Below, piece by piece: positions 37,065 through 44,833 of a DNA stretch of 64,000 nucleotides. The stretch covers positions 852,188 through 916,187 of the forward strand of contig OZ241919.1 in NCBI GenBank assembly GCA_965203835.1, in the 5' to 3' direction. Source of the stretch: Dehalococcoidia bacterium. Lineage in GTDB: Bacteria > Chloroflexota > Dehalococcoidia > Lucifugimonadales > UBA3495. Position 1 is the first letter of the stretch, and the number at the start of each line of letters is the position of its first letter. The notes below the pieces were generated by a model. It ran no database searches. It was not told the origin of the DNA and saw only the letters and a program-made list of their open reading frames with translations. The translations under genes and the position numbers were made by a program.

Positions 37065-37892
37065 TTACTTACCAAGGAAGTCCTTGACCACCCGGATGAA
37101 CTCGTCGGGCCGCTCCAAGTGCGGCAGGTGACCGGAGTCCATTTGGACAAGCTCGCAGTTGGGGATCGCGTCCCTGGTCTTGGCCGCTATCTCGGACCCC
37201 ATCAGGTCGCTGCGCAAACAATGGATCAGCATGGTAGGACACTGGATCTTGTTCAACACATCGTAGACTGGAGGTGTTGCCGGACGCTGGCGAGGGGCCA
37301 AAGGACTAGCCAAAGAAGATATCCATTGCCCGTTGACCAGTTGCTGGAATCCGGTATGGATGACTATATCTATTGCTTCCCGGCTTATCCTGGCAAACCG
37401 GTCGAACTGCCTGAGCCAGGACTCTATCTCCTCAGGCGAGTTATATACTTCCGGACGGTTCGTCATCGGATCACCCGACGGCGACCCGGTGCTCTCTCCG
37501 CCCACGTCCACCAGTATCATCCGATCCACTTGGTCCGGGTACACAGCGGCGTAGGTCATCCCGATTTTGCCGCCCATCGATTGCCCCAAGTAAGTCAGTT
37601 TCTCCATGCCAAGGGCCATCGTAAGTTCCCGGAAGTCCTGCACATAGTCTTCGGTCTCGTATCTGCCGGTGGGCGAATAGTCGCTCTTGGCCCTGCCGCG
37701 GGCTGTCACGGCGACAATGTGATAGTCGTCCCGAAAAGCGGGGGCGGTCAGGTCCCAGTAGATGGCGTTGGCCACCGCCCCGTGGGCCATGAACAGGTGC
37801 GGCGCGTCGGGATTGCCCCAGTCGGTGTAGTGAATGTTAAGGCCGTTGACCTTCATTCGATGTTCGGTGTAACGCTTCTCTTTGACCTGCAT
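37065..37892 (-). CDS. alpha/beta hydrolase
   Basis: HGAVAN oxyanion region, nucleophile elbow GQSMGG, and a C-terminal SGHLPHLERPDEF. Confidence 0.8.
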   Translation of the reverse strand: MQVKEKRYTEHRMKVNGLNIHYTDWGNPDAPHLFMAHGAVANAIYWDLTAPAFRDDYHIVAVTARGRAKSDYSPTGRYETEDYVQDFRELTMALGMEKLTYLGQSMGGKIGMTYAAVYPDQVDRMILVDVGGESTGSPSGDPMTNRPEVYNSPEEIESWLRQFDRFARISREAIDIVIHTGFQQLVNGQWISSLASPLAPRQRPATPPVYDVLNKIQCPTMLIHCLRSDLMGSEIAAKTRDAIPNCELVQMDSGHLPHLERPDEFIRVVKDFLGK

Positions 37893-38015
37893 GGCAGTCC
37901 CCCTGACCGACCTGAGATTTTAGCAGCGTATCTCAACTCAAAAGCGCGCAGGCGCGACGCAAATTAGTGTAGGAGCAACCCGTCTCCCCTGTCAAACAAC
38001 CCTCGTTGTACGGTG

Positions 38016-39176
38016 TCAGTCGCGTCCGGGCCAGGAAAACGACCTGCTGGCTATATCGGCTCCTTCCCGCATAGACCGGAGCTTCAGCCACACCACTCCT
38101 TTGTCTACACGGTTGGAGCCAGCAGACGTGTCGAACCCGCAATCGGTCCCCGCCATCACACGGGTAGGGTCGCCTCCCGCAGCCTGCACCGCCAAACGGA
38201 GGCGATCAGCAACAACTTCAGGGTGCTCCACGTAGTTGGTCTTGGTGTCGATCACCCCCGCCACCAACAGCATCCCTTCCGGCAAGGGGTGTTGCTGGTA
38301 GACCTTGTACTCATGCGCGTGTCTCGGATTGGCCATCTCCATAACCAACGCGCCAACGTTGGCCCGGTAGAGCAACGGCAGGATGTCCTCTAAGGGCACG
38401 TCGTAATGATGGGGGCCTTCGCTGTTTCCCCAGCAAACGTGCAGACGCACCTGTTCCTTGGGGATGTTCTGTATCGCGTGGTTGATGGCCTCAATATGAA
38501 GCGCGACCAACTCCTGGAACTTCTCCAGGGGCTCGTCCTGATAGGAAACGTGCCGTTCCATAGCCAGGTCGGGGCAGTCCAGTTGAAGAACAAGCCCCTT
38601 GGAGGCGATAAGCTCGTACTCCTTCCGCATCTCCCCGGCCAAGGCCATAACGTAGTCTTCATAGCTGCCGTAGAAGTTGTTCTTCATGGTCAGGGCGATT
38701 ATGCCCGGCGACGCCGCGCTCATAAACAACTCTTGCGGTTGCGCCTTCGTTTCCGGCACGGCGGCCAGAAGGTCGTCGCACTCCCTCTCGGCCAAGTCCA
38801 GCCGGTCGTAAGACAAGGCCCCCACACATGTCGGCACGTCCCGCATCAACTGCACCACCCTGGGCCTGGCGATGGTAGGAAACTCGTTCTGGTCCCGGTG
38901 CCCGCGCCGGGTCCATGCACCGCCAAAGCCAGACATCCGCTGGGTCACGTAGGTGGAAAAGCTGACCCTCGACTGTTCTCCGCCGTTGATTACGTCCACC
39001 CCCGCTTCACTCTGGGCTTGGACTACGCCCGCAGTCGCTTGGCGCGCAGCGAGTTGCAAAGCCTCCTCATCGACCGGCTCCCCCCGGGACACTGCCCCCA
39101 ACATTTCAACCAATGCGTCCGGCCTGGGCAGGCTGCCGCAGTGGGTAGTAAGGATGCGCGATTCGCTACGTTTCAT
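38016..39176 (-). CDS. cobalamin-independent methionine synthase II (MetE C-terminal-like) family protein
   Basis: N-terminus ILTTHCGSLPRP, then ...LHVCWGN and a C-terminal ...GTDCGF. Confidence 0.6.
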   Translation of the reverse strand: MKRSESRILTTHCGSLPRPDALVEMLGAVSRGEPVDEEALQLAARQATAGVVQAQSEAGVDVINGGEQSRVSFSTYVTQRMSGFGGAWTRRGHRDQNEFPTIARPRVVQLMRDVPTCVGALSYDRLDLAERECDDLLAAVPETKAQPQELFMSAASPGIIALTMKNNFYGSYEDYVMALAGEMRKEYELIASKGLVLQLDCPDLAMERHVSYQDEPLEKFQELVALHIEAINHAIQNIPKEQVRLHVCWGNSEGPHHYDVPLEDILPLLYRANVGALVMEMANPRHAHEYKVYQQHPLPEGMLLVAGVIDTKTNYVEHPEVVADRLRLAVQAAGGDPTRVMAGTDCGFDTSAGSNRVDKGVVWLKLRSMREGADIASRSFSWPGRD

Positions 39177-39679
39177 GCTGCTGTGTCCGTCCGTTGTGGC
39201 CGCTCATCGGGCGGCGGAATACGGAACCGGATAGTGCCGTCGGTGTCGTGGCTGTGGGACAGGAAGGCGTCGGTCAGGCGCTGGATGGCGCCCATCGTTT
39301 CCGCGTGCTGGGCGTCGGAGCGCTCACGCAAGGCGGCGATTTCCTGCATGATCAATTGGGAGAGAAATTCTCTGGTTTGGGAGATCATTTCCAGGGTGTG
39401 AGCGTATTCTTGGGCTGCCATCTCCCGGGTGTGAGCGTCTCCCCGAAGCACCATCTCCCGGGTTTGGGCAATCAATTCCCGGGTGTGGGTGCTTTCCCTA
39501 ATCACCATTTCTCTAATATCGGCGTCTCCCTTTTCTTGGTTGGCAGCCAGATCTTCTTGCCCCCGCTCCAACTTGCCCAGCCGGTAGTGGACGCTGGCTA
39601 TCAGGCCGATGACGGCTATCAGGACAGCGCCCGCGGTGGCGACGAAGGCGGTGAGCAACGGGGTCTCTACGGTCATCAT
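39173..39679 (-). CDS. membrane-anchored coiled-coil protein with HTRE/TREM repeats
   Basis: N-terminal TM helix. Repeated THTRELIAQ / TREMVLRGDAHTREMAAQ / YAHTLEMISQTREF units. Its stop overlaps the downstream ATG (ATGA). Confidence 0.5.
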   Translation of the reverse strand: MMTVETPLLTAFVATAGAVLIAVIGLIASVHYRLGKLERGQEDLAANQEKGDADIREMVIRESTHTRELIAQTREMVLRGDAHTREMAAQEYAHTLEMISQTREFLSQLIMQEIAALRERSDAQHAETMGAIQRLTDAFLSHSHDTDGTIRFRIPPPDERPQRTDTAA

Positions 39680-39893
39680 TCACCTTGTAAAGGCATGGGC
39701 AATCTGCCCTGAGTGACCTCGCGTCTCGGCGTGATAGGGATTATCGCGCCTTGCTTGAGCCACGACCACCCGGCAGCGTCTCAACAGCCCCTACCGTGCC
39801 CGGCGATTATAACAGACTAATAGACTGCCGCAGTCCATGGTGCGGCTTGCGTATCGTATAATTCGCAGAGCCTTTTGGGAGAGGAATTCAACG

Positions 39894-40517
39894 ATGGTGG
39901 AAGAAATGAGCGGCGACCATATGCCGCCAGTTTTTCGCAATGTCCTGTCAGAGTTTTCCAAGGCCCGTGAGACCTTGGTGGAAGCTCTTACCCGCGCAGC
40001 CGAGATTGGCGACTATGACGCTGTCGCCGAATTGACAGCGCGCCTCAAACGCGCCGATACGCTGAAGAACGAAGTAGAGCGACTGCGCGAGGAATGGCAG
40101 GCCGTATTCAACTCTGAAGCCATTGATGCGGAGCCATTTGAGTCTCCGCCATACGACAGCCAGACCGCCTTTGGGGTTCCTGACCAGTATGATTTGTGCA
40201 GTCCTACTTTACAGGCCCTGCGCGCATTGGGCGGCAGAGGGCGGATACGGGATATTGTCGAAACGGTCATTGACCAGATGAACTTCACGGACGAAATTAC
40301 GCGGCAACTGCACGAAGGCGGCCCGCAAACCGAACTGGAATGGCAGCTTGGCTGGTCGCGCACCATCCTTAAGACCTGCGGTTTGATGGACAACCCGGAC
40401 CCGGGCTTTTGGGTCTTGACCGATGCCGGTTCACGACAGACGTGGATGGACGCCGGAGAAGTCAAAGTCCTGTACCGGCAACATCTCGACCGGCGGCGCC
40501 AACGGGAGCGCGGCTAG
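39894..40517 (+). CDS. Mrr_N-like winged-helix protein without a nuclease domain
   Basis: The C-terminal region LQALRALGGRGRIRDIVETVIDQMNFTDE...ELEWQLGWSRTILKTCGLMDNPDPGFWVLTDAG resembles the N-terminal wHTH of Mrr. The N-terminal half looks like a coiled coil. Confidence 0.55.
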   Translation: MVEEMSGDHMPPVFRNVLSEFSKARETLVEALTRAAEIGDYDAVAELTARLKRADTLKNEVERLREEWQAVFNSEAIDAEPFESPPYDSQTAFGVPDQYDLCSPTLQALRALGGRGRIRDIVETVIDQMNFTDEITRQLHEGGPQTELEWQLGWSRTILKTCGLMDNPDPGFWVLTDAGSRQTWMDAGEVKVLYRQHLDRRRQRERG

Positions 40518-40596
40518 GAACTCGGCAAGGTAAGGGGAAGCCGACTCTGCCCTTCGTCCGCCTCTACGAAGAGCGCAAATTCCTGCCCTTTCCAGC

Positions 40597-41337
40597 CTAC
40601 CGCCCGCACATTATGGATGAGTCGCCGACTATGACGGTGGGCCTGGGGGCGCAGGACGGCGATGGCGACCATTCGATATCCCAAGGGCTTGGAGTTCTTC
40701 CTACGATAACAGTTCCTGGCAATTCAGGACTGCTGGAAGAAGGTCCCACGGCAGCGTGCCAGCAGGCAGGCGAGCCGTCAAACCGGATCCCGCAAGTATT
40801 TTCGTACCCGCTGCCTATGGCGATAAGTTTTTCATCAGCAGGGGGCACTATTCGTGGATTTTGCTGGCCCCAGCATACGGGAGAACCGTCAGAACGGAGT
40901 GCGCAGGTGTGGTTTCTACTGCTGCTAATAGCCGTAAATGTCTCCTGTGCAGGCGGTGAGGCTTCGCCGTATGTATCCTCTCCCCAACAAAACGGCTTGC
41001 CATCCGTAAGCAGTCCGCAAATGTAAAAGTGGCCTACACTGAGGTCAATAAATCTAGCATTCTTGGGTTCACTGCCACGCTCATATTCATCCCACGTATG
41101 AGGAGGCAGAAAATTCCGTGAGTCGTATATGGTGCTCCCTCCACAGGAGGCGGCTCCGTTAACTCGTAAGACGCAGTGGGAAATTAAACCTGTGCTGACG
41201 GCGATGAAGGCTTCCGGTGACTTCGGCTCTGGTGCGTAGACTGCGCCTCCGTCCTTAATAGGTGTTGCAACAGCTCCACAAGCTACCAACAGGGCCAGGA
41301 TCAGGAGCAAGGGGATGCGGGTGCAGAAGTTCGGCAT
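40597..41337 (-). CDS. lipoprotein with RCC1-like beta-propeller repeats
   Basis: Signal peptide plus lipobox LLVAC. Repeats HFYICGLLTDGKPFCWG, HTCALRSDGSPVCWG and NTCGIRFDGSPACW. Confidence 0.6.
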   Translation of the reverse strand: MPNFCTRIPLLLILALLVACGAVATPIKDGGAVYAPEPKSPEAFIAVSTGLISHCVLRVNGAASCGGSTIYDSRNFLPPHTWDEYERGSEPKNARFIDLSVGHFYICGLLTDGKPFCWGEDTYGEASPPAQETFTAISSSRNHTCALRSDGSPVCWGQQNPRIVPPADEKLIAIGSGYENTCGIRFDGSPACWHAAVGPSSSSPELPGTVIVGRTPSPWDIEWSPSPSCAPRPTVIVGDSSIMCGR

Positions 41338-41365
41338 TCGGATGGGCTATCTCAGTGGGCCGGGG

Positions 41366-41758
41366 TTAGCGGTTTGCCAGTCGTTCTGCGTCATCTATGT
41401 ATATGACGGTCTCTCTGATGCGGCGCTCGGTTTCGGGTGTCGGTGGCATACCGAGATAGAAGCAGTGCCCGTGAAGCGTCGTCTGCCTAGAGTAATATCG
41501 GCCCACCAATGTCTTGAGCTGCCAGTCCTCGGTGGACAGCCTGTCCAGTTCGCGGCCAGACATGGAGGAGTGTTGCGGCTCGTGGCCGGTACGGGACAGG
41601 ACGAGGGCATCGGTGGCTCTCAAAGTGGCGCACCACGCCTTTTCCGCCGCGTCGCGTATGTCGCCTACAGCTAGGCGTTCCAGGGCATCGGTGTGCATCC
41701 TCTTGGAGTCGGCGAATATCTCTTGCACCCTGCCGGTTGCTACCATCCCTTCCTCCAA
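41366..41758 (-). CDS. PaREP1/HEPN-like small helical protein (paralog 3 of 3)
   Basis: Has DIRDAAEKAWCATLRATDAL...LHGHCFY. It ends 28 nt upstream of the lipoprotein gene. Confidence 0.55.
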   Translation of the reverse strand: MEEGMVATGRVQEIFADSKRMHTDALERLAVGDIRDAAEKAWCATLRATDALVLSRTGHEPQHSSMSGRELDRLSTEDWQLKTLVGRYYSRQTTLHGHCFYLGMPPTPETERRIRETVIYIDDAERLANR

Positions 41759-41816
41759 AGGACATTAGGGGCGCACGGTTGTGCGCCCCTGAAATCCAAT
41801 TGCGGCCCGGTCGCGC

Positions 41817-43364
41817 CTACTTCCCTTCTTTGATATAGTCCGCCACCTTCTCCCCAATCATTATGGTAGTCGCGTTGGTGTTGGCGCGGATGCAGTCGGG
41901 CATAATGGACGCGTCGGCTACCCTCAATCCTTGAATGCCTTTGACCTTCAGGTGCTGGTCCACCACCGCCATCGGGTCCGAGTCCGGCCCCATCTTGCAG
42001 GTGCCGGAGATGTGGTGAGAGGTGCCCGAGTTCTTCCGAAGCCAGTCGTTCAAAAGCTCGTCGGAGGCCAGTTCCTCGTCCGTTGGCATGACCCGCTCCA
42101 ACACGATGTTGGAATAAGCCGGGTGTTCCGCCATACGTGCGCCCAAGCGCACGGCCTCCCTCATGCGCCGCAGGTCCTCTTCCTCTTGGTAGTAGTTGTA
42201 GTTCAGGAAGGGCTGGACGTGCGGGTCGGTCGATTGAAGGGTAAGCTCACCCTGCCCCAAGGCCAGTTGGAGGCTGGCGCTCATGCCAATGTAGTTCAGG
42301 TCGTCGTCGATCTCGACTTGGGCCGGTCGGTGTTCGCTGGTCATGAGCATCGGGCTCAGTTGCATGTCGTTGCGCAGGTCCGATCCTTCGACAGTGTAGC
42401 GCAATCCGACCTGGATCACCGGCGCTTGAACATCGGGCTTGTCGCCGACGGCCCGGAACAGGACGGCGGCGGATGGATGGTCCCGCAGGTTCTTGCCCAC
42501 GCCCGGAGAGTCGTGGACTACTTCTATGCCGAAGCTGCGCAGGTGTTCGGCCGGTCCGACTCCAGAGAGCATCAGGAGTTGTGGGGACGCCACCGCGCCG
42601 CTGCTGACCACGATCTCGTCGGCCTCCACGGTGAACACTTCACCGCCGCTCTCGGCCTCGATGCCCACGGCCTTTTTGCCGTCGAACAGAATCCGACGGG
42701 CGGTGACGTTGGCCCGTATCGTCAAGTTCAGCCGGTGGCGGGCTATGTCCAAGTAATTGATGGCCATGCTCATCCGAACACCCTCGATGGTGTTGCGGGC
42801 CCTGGGGGACACGCCGGTGGACTCGGGGTGGTTCTGGTCTTCGTCGATGCGGAACCCCTGAGCGACGCAGGCTTGCTCGAAGGCCAAGGCATGGGGCAGC
42901 CATTCACTCCGGGGCATACGACGCACCGGTACTGGCCCGTCGGAACCGTGGAAGTCTCCCCCGCCGAAGTCCAAGTCGGTCTCCAGCTTGTTGAAGTAGG
43001 GCAATACATTGACGAAAGACCACTCGTCGTTGCCCCATTCGGCCCACCGGTCGTAGTCCTCCGGTATACCCCTGAAGAGCACTTGCCCGTTGACTGCGCT
43101 CGACCCGCCAGTGGCCTTGCCCCTGGGAATGATCAGCTCCGGCTGCTCCGGCGTCAGTTGGGCGGTATACCCCCAGTTGTGGGGGCCGTAGGCGGACAGC
43201 CACACGTTGTTGCCCATCTTCAGGTCTTCCGGCAACTGCTCGAACTCCGGGTAGTCCGGCCCTGCCTCCAACAGCAACACTGAACGCTCCGGGTCCTCGG
43301 ACAGCCTAGTGGCGATTGTACAACCCGCTGATCCGCCGCCTACCACAATTACGTCGTACTTCAT
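41817..43364 (-). CDS. GMC family oxidoreductase (second paralog)
   Basis: N-terminus YDVIVVGGGSAGCTIATRLSEDPERSVLLLEAG. Same length (515 aa) as 34007..35554. Confidence 0.85.
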   Translation of the reverse strand: MKYDVIVVGGGSAGCTIATRLSEDPERSVLLLEAGPDYPEFEQLPEDLKMGNNVWLSAYGPHNWGYTAQLTPEQPELIIPRGKATGGSSAVNGQVLFRGIPEDYDRWAEWGNDEWSFVNVLPYFNKLETDLDFGGGDFHGSDGPVPVRRMPRSEWLPHALAFEQACVAQGFRIDEDQNHPESTGVSPRARNTIEGVRMSMAINYLDIARHRLNLTIRANVTARRILFDGKKAVGIEAESGGEVFTVEADEIVVSSGAVASPQLLMLSGVGPAEHLRSFGIEVVHDSPGVGKNLRDHPSAAVLFRAVGDKPDVQAPVIQVGLRYTVEGSDLRNDMQLSPMLMTSEHRPAQVEIDDDLNYIGMSASLQLALGQGELTLQSTDPHVQPFLNYNYYQEEEDLRRMREAVRLGARMAEHPAYSNIVLERVMPTDEELASDELLNDWLRKNSGTSHHISGTCKMGPDSDPMAVVDQHLKVKGIQGLRVADASIMPDCIRANTNATTIMIGEKVADYIKEGK

Positions 43365-43434
43365 GCGTTTACCTCCGTTTATAAATAGTTGCGGGTCTTC
43401 CCGAATCTTCTACGCGATATTCCAAACGAGCGCA

Positions 43435-44451
43435 TCAATCAAAAACGAACACGCACTTCCCTGTCGTGGCCCCGTCAAATGTCCGGAACGCCTCCACTGC
43501 TTGGTCCAGGTAGTAGCGGTGAGTAATCAACTTGGACAGCGGGGCGCCAGTTTCGACAAAGAACCGGGCAATCTCGATAAGTTCAGACTTGCTGAAGGTC
43601 CAGGAACCGTAGATGGTGACCACCTTGAAAATGACGTCCCGGTTGAAGTCAATCTCAGCGGGCCCGCCAATGCCGACATAGCAACAGCGGCCGAAAGCAC
43701 GCAGGCACTCCAAGGCCTGGCTCCGTGCTTGAGGATTGCCGGAGGTCTCCAACGAAGCCGACGCTCCGGCGCCTCCGGTCAGGTCCCGGATGGCTTGGGA
43801 TGCGTCAGTGTCGGCGGAATTGACCACGTGGTCTGCGCCCAGTTCCAGCGCAAGTTCGAGCCGCTCCGGCACCACGTCCGTCGCGATTACCCTTGCTCCC
43901 ATCGCCTTGGCCGACAGCGTGCCACTCAGTCCGACCGGACCCTGCCCAAACACCGCCACGGTGTCCCTGCCGGAAACGTTCATCTTCCGCAGACCGTTCC
44001 ACGCCGTCCCGGTCCCGCACGAGATGGCCGCTCCTTCCTCGAATGACAATTCATCCGGCAGATGGACCAGCGTTCGGGAAGGGACCAGGATGTAGTCCGC
44101 GTTGGCTCCGTGACCGGTGCCGCCGCCAAAGGTGATGCGGCCGCCAGGACATAGTTGCTCGTACCCCATGGCGCAGATTTCGCAAACGCCGCAACCGGCG
44201 TAGTGGTGGCACATTACCCGGTCGCCCAGTTTCAGCCCCGGCGGAGCGCCGGGTCCCAGTTCCTCGATGACGCCGCACGGTTCGTGTCCGGTGATCATCA
44301 CCGTCGGCGTTGCGCCCCGGTAGCGGTGCAGGTCGGTGCCGCATAGCCCCGACGCTTTGACTCTGAGAACCGCGTCACCCGGCCCGGCGTGGGGGTCCGG
44401 AAACTCTTGAATCTCCGCTTCCCGGTTGCCCCTGAAGGTTACGCCGCGCAT
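43435..44451 (-). CDS. zinc-dependent alcohol dehydrogenase family (MDR)
   Basis: Zinc ligands in GLCGTDLH and GHEPCG, CxxC cluster region GCGVCEIC, and Rossmann motif VFGQGPVGL. The ATG has a GGGAGAA RBS. Confidence 0.8.
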   Translation of the reverse strand: MRGVTFRGNREAEIQEFPDPHAGPGDAVLRVKASGLCGTDLHRYRGATPTVMITGHEPCGVIEELGPGAPPGLKLGDRVMCHHYAGCGVCEICAMGYEQLCPGGRITFGGGTGHGANADYILVPSRTLVHLPDELSFEEGAAISCGTGTAWNGLRKMNVSGRDTVAVFGQGPVGLSGTLSAKAMGARVIATDVVPERLELALELGADHVVNSADTDASQAIRDLTGGAGASASLETSGNPQARSQALECLRAFGRCCYVGIGGPAEIDFNRDVIFKVVTIYGSWTFSKSELIEIARFFVETGAPLSKLITHRYYLDQAVEAFRTFDGATTGKCVFVFD

Positions 44452-44537
44452 GGCTTTCTCCCGATAAGTGAGGTTGGGCAATGGACGCTGAAAACGTGGC
44501 TATTGTAGTTGATGCCGCCGGGATTCTACAAACAAAA

Positions 44538-44564
44538 GGCCCCGCGCATCACAGATAGGCGGGG
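44538..44564 (-). terminator. rho-independent terminator after the small peptide gene
   Basis: 7-bp stem gccccgc/gcggggc followed on the minus strand by cttttgtttg. Confidence 0.55.
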
Positions 44565-44593
44565 CTCAAATCAGGCCGTTATGTAAAGGGAGC

Positions 44594-44734
44594 CTACAGC
44601 TTGTTGGCGGAGCATTCCTCCAGGTTCTTGAACGGGGCAGTGGTTATGTCGGCGGAAGCGGGCAGGGTGGTCCCCAGGATGCCGGCGGCTGCGACTACGA
44701 CCACGAACACCAGCGGAACAAGCATACGCCGCAT
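44594..44734 (-). CDS. small secreted peptide (46 aa precursor; not in the ORF track because it is under 60 aa)
   Basis: My own translation: MRRMLVPLVFVVVVAAAGILGTTLPASADITTAPFKNLEECSANKL. It has a GAGAGGTGA RBS 5 nt upstream, its own promoter and terminator, and a signal peptide with an ASA cleavage motif. Confidence 0.55.
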   Translation of the reverse strand: MRRMLVPLVFVVVVAAAGILGTTLPASADITTAPFKNLEECSANKL

Positions 44735-44772
44735 AGTTCACCTCTCACGATGTGTTGACTTATGATAAACGG

Positions 44773-44801
44773 AGTATAACTACAAGGACCGGGAGCGTCA
44801 A
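44773..44801 (-). promoter_or_regulatory. sigma70-like promoter TTGACG-17-TATACT for the small peptide gene
   Basis: On the minus strand, ttgacg (44801-44796), a 17-nt spacer, then tatact (44778-44773), about 39 nt upstream of the ATG. Confidence 0.5.
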
Positions 44802-44833
44802 CGGAATATCGATGAGAACAGTTCAGACGCCCT

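Noticed and set aside
39700-41760. The whole 39.7-41.8 kb patch as a low-GC genomic island.
   Set aside because: Hand counts of individual 60-nt lines range from about 45% to 58%, so composition is mixed. I found no flanking repeats or mobility genes.
41767-41790. The hairpin aggggcgcac-ggtt-gtgcgcccct after the GMC gene, as a terminator. A similar hairpin lies at 21208-21237.
   Set aside because: The stems are perfect, but neither is followed by a T-run on the transcribed strand. They are plausible structures, but I am not confident enough to annotate them as terminators.
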